This document shows, piece after piece, positions 45,330 to 54,768 of a DNA stretch of 64,000 nt; within the stretch, counting starts at the first letter, position 1; the number at the start of each line of letters is the position of its first letter. The notes beneath the pieces were generated by a model. It made no database searches, was not told the DNA's origin, and saw only the letters and a program-made list of their open reading frames with translations. The DNA comes from Candidatus Doudnabacteria bacterium (lineage in GTDB: Bacteria > Patescibacteriota > Doudnabacteria > UBA920). A program made the translations under genes and the position numbers. Where the stretch lies: NCBI GenBank assembly GCA_963837465.1, contig CAWINB010000004.1, forward strand, positions 522,853 to 586,852, written 5' to 3'.

Positions 45330-48300
45330 CCATCACTGCATTTGGATCACTTGTGCTATATCCTTGAGCGATTAAGTAAGCTTTCAAAAACAAGTTGGTT
45401 ATTGCCGAGTTCTGGTTATACTGGTTAGCCATAGTTGCAGGGTTAGCGGCGTTGGCTAAATGCTGACCCTCATGTTTGAATACTGACATATACGGAGATG
45501 ATATCTGTATACCATTTTGGACTGACGGAGTTAACACAAATTTTCCCGCGGCATTTTTAGTGATTATATTATTGCTCACCATAAAATTAAATAAGGGCTG
45601 GGCCGCGGCTGGAACTTGACCATTGAGATAATTGAGCTGTGCTACCCAAGCAATCAAACAAGGATTAGTCAAAGTAAATCCGCCTACATTGTTACTACCC
45701 GTATTATTAGGCCACATAGCGTCAAAAGAAGCACCTAATCCCTGCAAAACTGGCAGGGTAGCCACAAAGGACTCTGTCTGATTCTGGCTCTGATAAAGAA
45801 TAACTTGGCCTGAATTAATGGCAGACGATTGAGCTGTAGTCAAAGGAATCTCCGCCAAAGCTGACGCCGCGCTATAAGCTGCGGCTACGACAGGGGCACT
45901 ATTGGCAAGGATGTTGCCTTGGTTGTCAATAAAGTTTGAATCCACGACTCCCGATGTCGTATCCGTATTATCAATAATACTAAAATCACTGTTGACTTCC
46001 TGGACATCTACTCCGGCTAAATTGTTTGCAATGGCATATTGCCAGGCGGCTTTGCCGGCATCGCCCACGGTGTCAACTACCTGTCCGCCGGGCGTCATTA
46101 TGGCGTATTGGTTGGAGCCGTCGGCAGCCGGAGCAATGGGCACTATTTGATAGGAACCGACTGGCGTAGCATTAACACTGCCATCCGTATTGACCGTGGT
46201 TGCCGGAGCAACGCCGCTGGTTAAGGTCATACTGTCACCGGCAGAGGTTGTGCCGGTAATGGAAGTTACGGCTCCGCTGGAGTCAAGGCTTATGCTTACG
46301 TTGGTTAAGGTCATAGTAATGCTTCCATCGCTGCCGTAAATGTTAACACTGGCGGCCTGCGTAGCTCCAGTCGGCAGCTCGGCCCAGACATTACCCATAG
46401 ATTCCATAGTAATTTGGTTCCCGCTGCCGTTAGTGCCCGTGGCTGACAAAATATTACCGCTTGAGTCTTGCGCCACGGTGGCATTGGTCAATACATTGGA
46501 CGGAGTATTATTAAAACCGCCGTACTGGATGCTGGTGGATCCGTCCAAACCTGTCAAAACTTCAAGGCCGTTTTGGGTAGCGGAAACAACCGAATAAGGG
46601 GTAAGGTTAGAGACCATGCCGCTGTCGTCAAAGTAAGTCAGTATCTGGCTGGCGCCGCTGCCGGAAGTAATCATATACAAGCCGTCGTTAGTGGAAGTAA
46701 CCGTAAAATTGGAAAGATTATTAGTTACGGCGTACTGATAAGCCTGCTGGCCGGCGGCGGGGACGGTATCTATGACAAAGTTATTCTGCATTACTAGATA
46801 GTCGGTGCCTGAACCATCGCCCGCTGTATAAGGGACAAAAGTTATGCCGGAGGCACTGCCTGTTACCACTCCCTGGCTGGCTCCGGCGCCGATGGTAAAG
46901 GTCGCCGGTATGCCGCTGGAAGCGTAAACCGGTGAGGCCGAGCCGACGGTGGCGGCCAAAAGGTAGCCGCTGATGCTGACCGGATTGCCGTTGGCATCGT
47001 TGGAAACGGTAGCCGCGCCTAATTTGTAATCCGATGGGCCTATGGAGTTGCCCTGTAAATCAGTCAGCACGTACGCGTTTGGAGTGTTGGTTTGTTCCAG
47101 CCAGGCGCTGCCGACCCGGTAATAGACGAAACCGGCATTGTCGACATAAGAAATAATGTTGCCGTTTTTATCCTTGACCACATCCGAAGCGTTTACCACT
47201 GTGCCGTCAACGTTAAGTTGAAGCTGTGATTGTCCGAACAGCGGGGTCAAAAAACCTATGCCGTTATTTTGGTCAGCGGGCCAATTGGACAGGATTTGTG
47301 TTTGTAAATCCTGGGGCAGTTGGCTGGAGAAATCGCTGTAACTGCCATCAGCTTGCAGCGCCCCTACTTGATCGTCTCTAATAACAACGGTTTGCCCGTT
47401 ATAACTTAAACCAGCCTGGACTTCGCCGTCAGGCAAATAAGTATAAGTTACCTGGTAGCTGTTGCCGGCGGCATCGGTAAAAGTAATGGCCGTGCCGGGA
47501 TTAACAACGTTGCCGGGAAATTGCAGCCATAGGCCGTTAACATAAAGCTGCGGAGAGCTTGTGTTTCTGGTATCGCCGTTTTGGGGCGCGTCCACCCATT
47601 GGTTTTGTGAGCTGTCATAAGTTTGGTGTATGCTGCCGCCATTTTCCTGGGTAACTCTGGTTTGGGTAAGTGGAGCTAAAACGGTAACCGATACCGGATC
47701 AGTAGTGCCCAAGGCGGAAGTTACCGTAACATTGTAATTTCCCGGGGCCATATCAGCAGGCAGCGGCACATTAATTTGGCCGGCAGTTTCCAAAATGCCG
47801 TCAGCCGCCGTATAGGTTTGGTCCCCAATGGTAACTGTATTGTTACTAGCGGAGAAAGTCCCATAGAGAATCAAGTATTGTCCAGCGGTAATATTAGTGC
47901 TGTCTCCATACTGCCCTGTGGCGGGATTGTAACTTTCAACCCCGGAGATGCCGGATGAGGAAATTGCCTGGTTTGGGGTTGTCGTATTTGCCGCCGTTTT
48001 ATCGCCGGTCGTTTTAACAACCGGAGTTGTCTGTAAGCTGGCACGTGAACTGACACTCAAACTCTGCGATACTCCATTGGCATTGCTGACACTAACCGTA
48101 AAAGACGAACCTGTAGTCGTAATGCCCGCAAGCGAAATGTTTATCTGGCCTGTACTTTGGTAGGTTATGGCAGCGGCAGGCACTGTTTGGCCGTTAATAG
48201 ACACTGTGTTGCCCGAAGCGGCAAAGCTGCCGTAAAGGATTAAGTAGGTGTCGTTTGCCATTATGGTATTTTGGGCGGTCTCATAGGTGTTAGTCACATT

Positions 48301-51300
48301 ATTGTAGCCTTGGGTTGACTGTAAAGTCGGAGCCACAGCATATGTGGTAGGTATTTGTGCTGTCTGCGTTGACGGCGCTGTTACAGTAAAGGCCGTTGTC
48401 GTTGTGGCCCCAAATGTAGTATTGACTGTCACGGTGTGGCTGCCAAATGCGATGCCTTGTAATGAGAGATTTATTTGATTGGCCGTCTGGGCAGCGATGG
48501 TGGCAGGCAAGCCGTCAATGGTTACGGTATCACCTGAAGCGTCAAAGGTACCATAGATAATGAGGTAGGTATTGGCAACAGCGGTATTGTTGGTATAGGC
48601 GTTGGTAGTAGGGTCAAAGCCTTGAACGCCGCTAATGGAGGCTGTCTTGGTTGGATTGGAAAGCGTTGGTGTGGACACATTAACGTTTAAGTTTTGGGAT
48701 GTACCGCCGCTATTACTAACAGAAACATTGAGCGAGGTTAGACCGGTAAGATTCCCCAACAAGATATTAATCTGACTGACGCTTTGATAGCTAATGTTAC
48801 CAGTTACTACTGCCTGGCCGTTAATAATAACTGTGTTGCCGGAGGCGGAAAAGTTGCCGTATAGAATAAGGTACTGGTTGGAAGTAACGGTGCCATTTGT
48901 GTAGCTATTACTGATTGGGTTGTAGCCTTGCGCTGAATTTAAAACCGGAGCCGAGAAGGCCGACACGACAGGGACGGAGGCAGGTGGCGGCGGGGCAACC
49001 GGCGGAATAGTAAATGAACTTTGGCTGGAAGTCCCATTGGGATTGGTAACTGTAACCGTGTGTTGACCCGAGGCCAAGCTGCCGCTAAGTAAAACATTAA
49101 TCTGGTTTTGGGTTTGTGCAGTTTCATTAGCCGTTTGTCCGTCTATGCTGACTTTATTATCGTTACTGGCCGAGAAGTTGCCGTAAAGAATAAGGTATTG
49201 TCCGGCAGTAACATTGCTGCTATTAGTGTATTGGCCGGTTGCGGTGTTGTAGCCTTGAACGCCGGAGATGGTGGGAACCGAAACCACAGACGTAGCCTGG
49301 GCAATATTCAAAGTAACTTGCTCGCTTCCTGGGGTATTAACCCCATCACTGGCGGTAACCGTAATATTATTAAAAGAACCGGACACTGTGGGAGTGCCGG
49401 AGATAATCCCAGTAGTTTGATTGATAATTAATCCGCTTGGCAAGCCCTGGGCTGACCAGGTATAATTGCCGTTGCCGTTGCTGGCAGTTAAGGAAGCTGA
49501 ATAGGTTTGATTCACCGTTCCAGAAGCCAAGGAACCGGAAACATTTATCTGACTAACGGTCGGGGTTTGTGCCGGGGCAGTCACGGTAAAGGTACTGGCG
49601 CTGGAACTGCCGCCGATATTACTGACAACCACGCTGTGCTGGCCCGAACCGAGAGTAGAGTTTAGCTGTACATTAATCTGGTTTTGAGTTTGAGCCGTGA
49701 CAGTGGCCTGCTGGCCGTCAATGTTAACGGTGTTATCTTGATTGGCCGAAAAACTTCCATAGAGGATTAGATAGTTGCCAGCCGTTGCTATGCCATTGGT
49801 ATAACTACCAGTAGCGGGATTGTAGCCTTGGATGCCGGAAATAGTCGGGGCAGTTTGGACGGCTGGGGGTGGCGAAGTCTGCTTAACAAATAATCCTTCA
49901 ACGCTGTCGTATGAAGTGAACCCCAAAGATTGAGCCGTTAAATTTAAGCTGGTGCTGCTGCCCATACCCAAAGCCCAGGCAAACACGCTGCCAGGGGCAA
50001 GAGTCTGGAAGTTTTGTCCGGTTAAGGCAGTGGGGTTGTCCGTTAGATAGCTGGTTAAAGCAGACTGTTCATCCGCGGTTAAACTGCCGTAAAGAATGGT
50101 ATTGGCTCCGGCAACTATTTGCTGGACGCGGGCAGAAGTAACAACGGCTGGAGCAGGATCAATATTTAAAGTAAATGCCTGGGTGCCGGGAGTATTAGTT
50201 CCATCGCTGGCGGTAACGGTGACAGTAGGATTTTCGGACTCCGTGGGGGTGCCGGAGATAACACCGGTGCTTGAGTTGATGCTCAAGCCAGCCGGTAAGC
50301 CCTGGGCTGACCAGGTGTAATTGCCATTGCCGTTGCTGGCAGTAAAAGTGGCAGAATAATTTTGGTTAACCGTACCACCTGGGGCTGTGCCGGAAACGGC
50401 TATTTGGCTAACGGTCGGTGTTTGCACAGGGGCAGTTACAGTAAAGGTGCTTTGGCTGGAGGTACCGCCGGTATTACTAACTGTAACATTGTGCTGGCCG
50501 GAACTGATACTAGAGCTAAGCAGCACGTTTATCTGGTTTTGGGTCTGGGCAGTCACCGTTGCTGCTTGCCCGTCTATACTTACCGTATTATCTTGGTTAG
50601 CTGAAAAGCTGCCATAAACAATTAAATAGTTGCCAGCTGTCGCTGTGCCATTAGTATAACTGCCGGTTGTCGCAGCATAGCCCTGGATGCCGGAAATGGT
50701 TGGAGCAATAGCAGCTGGAGCCTTGATTTGCAGGGAAAAACTTTGGCTGCCAGCGGTATTAACCCCGTCACTGGCCGTAACAGTGACAGTAGGATTTTCG
50801 GACTCCGTGGGGGTGCCGGAGATAACACCGGTGCTTGAGTTGATGCTCAAGCCGCTCGGCAATCCTTGGGCTGACCAGGTGTAATCGCCGTTGCCATTGG
50901 CTGCTGTGAGTGTGGCAGAGTAATCTTGGCCGACTGTGCCGGAAGCAAAAGAGCCGGAAACCGTAATTTGCTTTACAGCAGGAGCAGGTACACTAACTTG
51001 GACGTTTAAGCTTTGGGAGGTACCACCTTGGTTGGTAACAGTTACGCTAATGGATGACAGTCCGGAAAGGTTAACTCCGGACAGAGGAACATTGAGCTGG
51101 TTGGTAAGCTGGGAGTCGGGAGTAACTGTCTGGATGTTTTGGCCATTTTGGCTGATCCGGACAGTGTTCCCGGAAGCCGCGAAACTGCCGTAAAGGATTA
51201 AATACTTTCCGGCAGTAACAGTATTGTTGGTGTAGTTACCGGTATCTGGATCATAGCCTTGGGCTGTAACCAAGGTTGGCGCAGAGATGGTTGGCGCGGG

Positions 51301-51777
51301 AATAGCAGGAGCTTGGCTTTGTAGATTCCAAACGTTGCCTTGAAGTGTATACGTCTGGCCAAGAATAGTCTGGCTAGTTTCAACCCCCCCCCAGCCAAGC
51401 ATATATGCCGTTACGCTGTCGCTGTTTATGGCTGAAATCGAGCCGGCCTGAATCAGGCTTACTAAAGCGTCATGGATACCGCTCATATCATCGGCGCTGA
51501 TTGTGGTTGGGTCGTAGGTTGTGGTACTGGCGTTGTCAGCAGTCAAGGTAAAATCAGCATGAGCGGTCTGTGCGCCAAAGATTGACTCCACCTCCTGCTT
51601 TATCTTATCATTGCCGCTATTGGTGTTTGTGCTGACAATAGCCGTCTTGCTCTGATTGGCAAAGCCGGAGCCGGTACTGACCAAAGTGGAGGCCAAACCT
51701 AAACCGGCCAGGATTTTTTCTTTGGTGGTTACGATTTTTTTGTTTCTCTTGACCCGTTTGATTTTTACTCTTTCCAT
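45199..51777 (-). CDS. Giant surface protein with tandem TIG/IPT-like and He_PIG (putative Ig) domains
   Basis: 2192 aa. N-terminal KKIVTTKEKILAGLGLASTLVSTGSGFA anchor or signal. About 10 repeats of PTISGIQGY...YLI(V/L)YGSFSA...TVTAP (TIG-like) alternating with VSGT...YSATLTASNGNGNYTWSAQGLP.GLSIN..TG.ISGTPT (He_PIG). Near-identical DNA tandem repeats inside the gene. Confidence 0.8.
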   Translation of the reverse strand: MERVKIKRVKRNKKIVTTKEKILAGLGLASTLVSTGSGFANQSKTAIVSTNTNSGNDKIKQEVESIFGAQTAHADFTLTADNASTTTYDPTTISADDMSGIHDALVSLIQAGSISAINSDSVTAYMLGWGGVETSQTILGQTYTLQGNVWNLQSQAPAIPAPTISAPTLVTAQGYDPDTGNYTNNTVTAGKYLILYGSFAASGNTVRISQNGQNIQTVTPDSQLTNQLNVPLSGVNLSGLSSISVTVTNQGGTSQSLNVQVSVPAPAVKQITVSGSFASGTVGQDYSATLTAANGNGDYTWSAQGLPSGLSINSSTGVISGTPTESENPTVTVTASDGVNTAGSQSFSLQIKAPAAIAPTISGIQGYAATTGSYTNGTATAGNYLIVYGSFSANQDNTVSIDGQAATVTAQTQNQINVLLSSSISSGQHNVTVSNTGGTSSQSTFTVTAPVQTPTVSQIAVSGTAPGGTVNQNYSATFTASNGNGNYTWSAQGLPAGLSINSSTGVISGTPTESENPTVTVTASDGTNTPGTQAFTLNIDPAPAVVTSARVQQIVAGANTILYGSLTADEQSALTSYLTDNPTALTGQNFQTLAPGSVFAWALGMGSSTSLNLTAQSLGFTSYDSVEGLFVKQTSPPPAVQTAPTISGIQGYNPATGSYTNGIATAGNYLILYGSFSANQDNTVNIDGQQATVTAQTQNQINVQLNSTLGSGQHSVVVSNIGGSSSASTFTVTAPAQTPTVSQINVSGSLASGTVNQTYSASLTASNGNGNYTWSAQGLPSGLIINQTTGIISGTPTVSGSFNNITVTASDGVNTPGSEQVTLNIAQATSVVSVPTISGVQGYNTATGQYTNSSNVTAGQYLILYGNFSASNDNKVSIDGQTANETAQTQNQINVLLSGSLASGQHTVTVTNPNGTSSQSSFTIPPVAPPPPASVPVVSAFSAPVLNSAQGYNPISNSYTNGTVTSNQYLILYGNFSASGNTVIINGQAVVTGNISYQSVSQINILLGNLTGLTSLNVSVSNSGGTSQNLNVNVSTPTLSNPTKTASISGVQGFDPTTNAYTNNTAVANTYLIIYGTFDASGDTVTIDGLPATIAAQTANQINLSLQGIAFGSHTVTVNTTFGATTTTAFTVTAPSTQTAQIPTTYAVAPTLQSTQGYNNVTNTYETAQNTIMANDTYLILYGSFAASGNTVSINGQTVPAAAITYQSTGQINISLAGITTTGSSFTVSVSNANGVSQSLSVSSRASLQTTPVVKTTGDKTAANTTTPNQAISSSGISGVESYNPATGQYGDSTNITAGQYLILYGTFSASNNTVTIGDQTYTAADGILETAGQINVPLPADMAPGNYNVTVTSALGTTDPVSVTVLAPLTQTRVTQENGGSIHQTYDSSQNQWVDAPQNGDTRNTSSPQLYVNGLWLQFPGNVVNPGTAITFTDAAGNSYQVTYTYLPDGEVQAGLSYNGQTVVIRDDQVGALQADGSYSDFSSQLPQDLQTQILSNWPADQNNGIGFLTPLFGQSQLQLNVDGTVVNASDVVKDKNGNIISYVDNAGFVYYRVGSAWLEQTNTPNAYVLTDLQGNSIGPSDYKLGAATVSNDANGNPVSISGYLLAATVGSASPVYASSGIPATFTIGAGASQGVVTGSASGITFVPYTAGDGSGTDYLVMQNNFVIDTVPAAGQQAYQYAVTNNLSNFTVTSTNDGLYMITSGSGASQILTYFDDSGMVSNLTPYSVVSATQNGLEVLTGLDGSTSIQYGGFNNTPSNVLTNATVAQDSSGNILSATGTNGSGNQITMESMGNVWAELPTGATQAASVNIYGSDGSITMTLTNVSISLDSSGAVTSITGTTSAGDSMTLTSGVAPATTVNTDGSVNATPVGSYQIVPIAPAADGSNQYAIMTPGGQVVDTVGDAGKAAWQYAIANNLAGVDVQEVNSDFSIIDNTDTTSGVVDSNFIDNQGNILANSAPVVAAAYSAASALAEIPLTTAQSSAINSGQVILYQSQNQTESFVATLPVLQGLGASFDAMWPNNTGSNNVGGFTLTNPCLIAWVAQLNYLNGQVPAAAQPLFNFMVSNNIITKNAAGKFVLTPSVQNGIQISSPYMSVFKHEGQHLANAANPATMANQYNQNSAITNLFLKAYLIAQGYSTSDPNAVMDESTAYQTAQLSEHPKPAPTSLPNSAAIRIYDKLFHSAFQSST

Positions 51778-51918
51778 ACCTTTGGTTTTGAGAGCATTGA
51801 ATAAATGGCTACATGGTAGTAGCCAAGCTTGGAACTTGGCTTAATTTTATCTTTTTTTAAAGGCTTTAGCAAGCTGCAGCTACGGAAAAGTTTCAGGATT
51901 CTTTACCCCCTTGACCCA

Positions 51919-52398
51919 CTACTGTGAAGAAACAAGGTCTTGGACACTAAGCACATCACTGATAAAGAGCCCATTTTTGGCGGTACTACTTGAAATATCA
52001 ATAACTCTTATTTTTCCTTGATAGTATTTTATATATCCGGTTATGGTTCCATCGGGCCCATCAGCAGACGAGGGCAGCAGTATATAAGCTGGATTACCTT
52101 GATTTGTGACTGGTGGCAAATTCTGTATCAAATTTAAGTTTTGGTCCAAATAAATTGCTGTCTGATATCCTGCATTGGTCAAAGCCTGTTCATAGTAAGT
52201 CAAAAAGTTTTGGTCGCCCCCGTAAAAGCCCGCGTAGGTACTAGTACTATTTTCCCATGCCAAAATACCAGGGTCTGTATTTGTTGCTTCATAGAATTGG
52301 CCTGTCAGAGATAATGTTTTGTCGTTTATATCAAACTCATCATACCCAATGTCAGATGAGGTGGCGGACGCAGAGTGCCATGCGTCTTTTGAATACAT
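51919..52398 (-). CDS. Hypothetical protein
   Basis: 159 aa, immediately upstream of the giant gene on the same strand. Confidence 0.4.
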   Translation of the reverse strand: MYSKDAWHSASATSSDIGYDEFDINDKTLSLTGQFYEATNTDPGILAWENSTSTYAGFYGGDQNFLTYYEQALTNAGYQTAIYLDQNLNLIQNLPPVTNQGNPAYILLPSSADGPDGTITGYIKYYQGKIRVIDISSSTAKNGLFISDVLSVQDLVSSQ

Positions 52399-52427
52399 GG
52401 CCGGAACAGTGAAATTTGCTCCGTCAT

Positions 52428-52718
52428 CTATTGAGGTGATTGAAGCAGTCTGTTGAGTGGTTGTAGGACTAATGCCTGTTGACTAACAGAGGCCGGTATT
52501 GCTGATAGACTAAGAGCCATATTTTTTGGTTTGTATTGGACTACTACTGGCCCTAAGTTTTGAGGCTGATTGTAAATAAAATAAATCCAGACCGAAACCG
52601 CCGCTACCACGGCCAATATGCAAATGACAATTATGCCTTTGTGGTTATACCATTTTTTAGGTTGTTGCGGCTGTTGTTGAGATTGAGATGGAGGCAAAAC
52701 TTCATTTGAATTTTCCAT
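52428..52718 (-). CDS. Small membrane protein, Gln-rich N-terminus
   Basis: 96 aa, one TM helix IIVICILAVVAAVSVWIYFIY. First gene of the minus-strand operon. Confidence 0.4.
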   Translation of the reverse strand: MENSNEVLPPSQSQQQPQQPKKWYNHKGIIVICILAVVAAVSVWIYFIYNQPQNLGPVVVQYKPKNMALSLSAIPASVSQQALVLQPLNRLLQSPQ

Positions 52719-52758
52719 TTTTTTATTCCATTTTTTGAAGATAATTTTTTATTCACCC

Positions 52759-52769
52759 ATATTATACCA
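52759..52769 (-). promoter_or_regulatory. Extended -10 promoter element for the giant-protein operon
   Basis: Reads TGgTATAAT on the minus strand, about 45 bp upstream of the 96-aa gene start. Confidence 0.4.
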
Positions 52770-52934
52770 CACTTGGTTCTAATTCCTGTTTCTTTTATAC
52801 AAAAAATACCTATTCTTATAGGTAAATTTATACTGGAGCGGTCTTAGGGACGATTATTGATTCCCCTGGTGATTAATCATTCCCATAAGCTGTTTGGTTA
52901 GGCCCGCATTAGTTTCCTGGCAGTCCACTATACT

Positions 52935-53444
52935 CCCCGGTTTCTCCCACCCCTGTTTTTTGAGTCTTTTCCACCCCCCATGCTTTTGTATTGATTTTTA
53001 GGTTTTGATGTTTTTGGTATTTTTTAGGTTTTAGATTGAGATTTTAATTGTAGTCTTTGGATTTGCTGTGTTTTGGTTCTTTGGGTTTCTTTGTTTTTTA
53101 GGGTATAGTTAAGTTAGTTTAGTATATTGGTATTTTTTAGTATAGTTTTTTGTAGTCAGTTTCTCTTTTTGTATTATCTATTTTGTCGTTCAGTTAGATT
53201 ATCTGGTGATATATAGTAGTCAGGGGTATTTGGAGTAGTGAGAGGTAATGGAATTAAGGGGTTTAACAGCCAAACTGTATGAATGATGTTCATACAGCTG
53301 TTCATACAGCTGGAAAGTGCCAGTTGCTTCCATTTTAGGCTAAAGTTTTGGCCTCGGCAAGGGTGTATTGCAGGGGGTAATGGGGTAGGCAAAGTTAGCT
53401 GTTTTGGATATAATAGGTGTGAGCTTCACCAAGAAAATTCACCA
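52935..53444 (-). repeat. 0.5-kb repeat family, copy 4 (reverse orientation)
   Basis: Reverse complement of the core (one substitution in the 72-codon ORF). Boundary ...AAAATTCACCA at 53444. Lies downstream of the truncated SR4. Confidence 0.7.
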
Positions 53445-53541
53445 CTTAGTGCACCTCGTCAACATGACCGAGGTGCTTTAAGTTTGCCTAAAGAAAAAAC
53501 ACGAGCGATCGTGTTTTTATTTTATGCTATTTTCTAGTCTA

Positions 53542-54390
53542 TTACAAACTGACGGTTATTTGCTTGTCTTTGAGGATTAATTTGCTTTTTAGGCAGGCCA
53601 TCAGTTCTCTCTTTTCCAGTAAACTACCGTCGGTCAAAATATATTTGGTATAATTTTTTAGGTCTAAATTTTTCTGTAGTAGTTGATCCTGCTGGCTCTG
53701 ACCTAATACTAAGTGTCGGAATTTATTATAGCTCTCTAGCTTTAGCTCTATCTGCTGTTTGATGCCCAGCTTATCCAAATCTACTTCCTCGATAACTTTT
53801 AGCAGCTGACCTACTAAGAGGTCTTCTTTAATATAGTTGCCTGGGCAAGCCCGGTCTTTACTCTTGGTACAGCAGTAGTATACGTATTTAGCTACCGAAC
53901 CGTCTTTGAGATTTTTAAACTTTTCATTGGCGCTTATGCTGGAGCTACAAATGCCGCATACTATGAGTCTGGTAAAAGCGAATTCTTTACCGATAGTTCT
54001 GGGCTTAAGCTCAGCATCCAAAGTTGCTTGGGCTTTATCGAACATTTCCTTTGTGATAATCGGCTGGTGCTTTCCTTGGAAATATTTTTTACTTCTTCGC
54101 GGATACTCAATCTGCCCGTAGTAGAACGAGTTCCTTAATAATAAATAAAGATTACTTAAGTGGAACGGCTTGCCATTTTTAGTTACAAACCTGACCTCAT
54201 CTCGCGGCCACAAGTAGACCCTCCGTCCGCTCTCGCCCTGCCCGACTTTTTCAAACACTTGCTTAACCACCGGCGCTCTAATTGGATCAGGGATTACCGA
54301 GCAAGGCCTGTCTTTATGATATTCGTTGACGTACTCGGTCGGAGCCATTCCCCTGCAAGGGTGTTTTGCAGGGGGTAAAGGGGTGGCCAA
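53542..54390 (-). pseudogene. Truncated large serine recombinase (SR4)
   Basis: 282-aa ORF keeps the recombinase domain, zinc ribbon (CGICSS...YYCCTKSKDRAC) and coiled coil. It lacks the resolvase catalytic domain; the N-terminal MATPLPPAKHPCRG is translated from a degenerate copy of the repeat core. Confidence 0.65.
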
Positions 54391-54720
54391 AATCAGCCGT
54401 TTTGGATATAATTAGTTCGTACCAAGTTGTAAGGGTACACCAAAATATTACACAAAGGCATTTTGCCAACTTTTTGATGGGCTGCGCTTAGCGCAGCCCA
54501 TTGTGTTTGCGGGATGAATTCAATTTTTTGATTTTTTTAAAACAAGTTCGGGCCGAAAATTTTTGCGCAGTATATTTCTTGTCTGCAAGGAGGTGTAAAC
54601 TGCGATTTTACTGAAGGTTTGGACACCTTGTATGAAGTTTTTCAGAGGTTCTAACCAAGCTCTACGGTTTTGTTCAAGGCGGCCAATTTGCTCGTCCAAA
54701 GCCGGCTATTTACAGACAGT
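54352..54720 (-). repeat. Degenerate repeat core plus SR3-like 3'-end remnant
   Basis: CAAGGGTGTTTTGCAGGGGGTAAAGGGGTGGCCAAAATCAGCCGTTTTGGATATAAT (diverged core, reverse complement) then CACCAAAATATTACACAAAGG...GGGCTGCGCTTAGCGCAGCCCATTGTGTTTG and about 200 bp alignable with the SR3 3' region. Ends where holA begins. Confidence 0.55.
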
Positions 54721-54768
54721 CTCTTAAATCGGATAGCCAAAATTGGCAGTTTTTGATAAAGTATCCCT

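Noticed and set aside
45902-51398. Many 60-110-aa ORFs on the plus strand inside the giant adhesin gene (e.g. 45902-46150, 46468-46797, 49108-49431, 50096-50320, 50687-50884)
   Set aside because: They are antisense or out-of-frame to a long coding sequence with strongly biased, repetitive composition. They look duplicated only because the host gene is internally repeated.
44079-51777. Diversity-generating retroelement targeting the giant protein
   Set aside because: No reverse transcriptase ORF and no template repeat/variable repeat pair with adenine-specific mismatches was seen. Internal repeats are near-identical tandem units, not A-mutagenised copies.
15430-53444. The repeat family considered as a CRISPR array or as tRNA or tmRNA fragments
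   Set aside because: Copies are about 0.5 kb and separated by 9-19 kb with no short regular repeat-spacer structure and no cas genes. No cloverleaf or tRNA-like acceptor/T-arm could be folded from the core beyond the shared CACCA.
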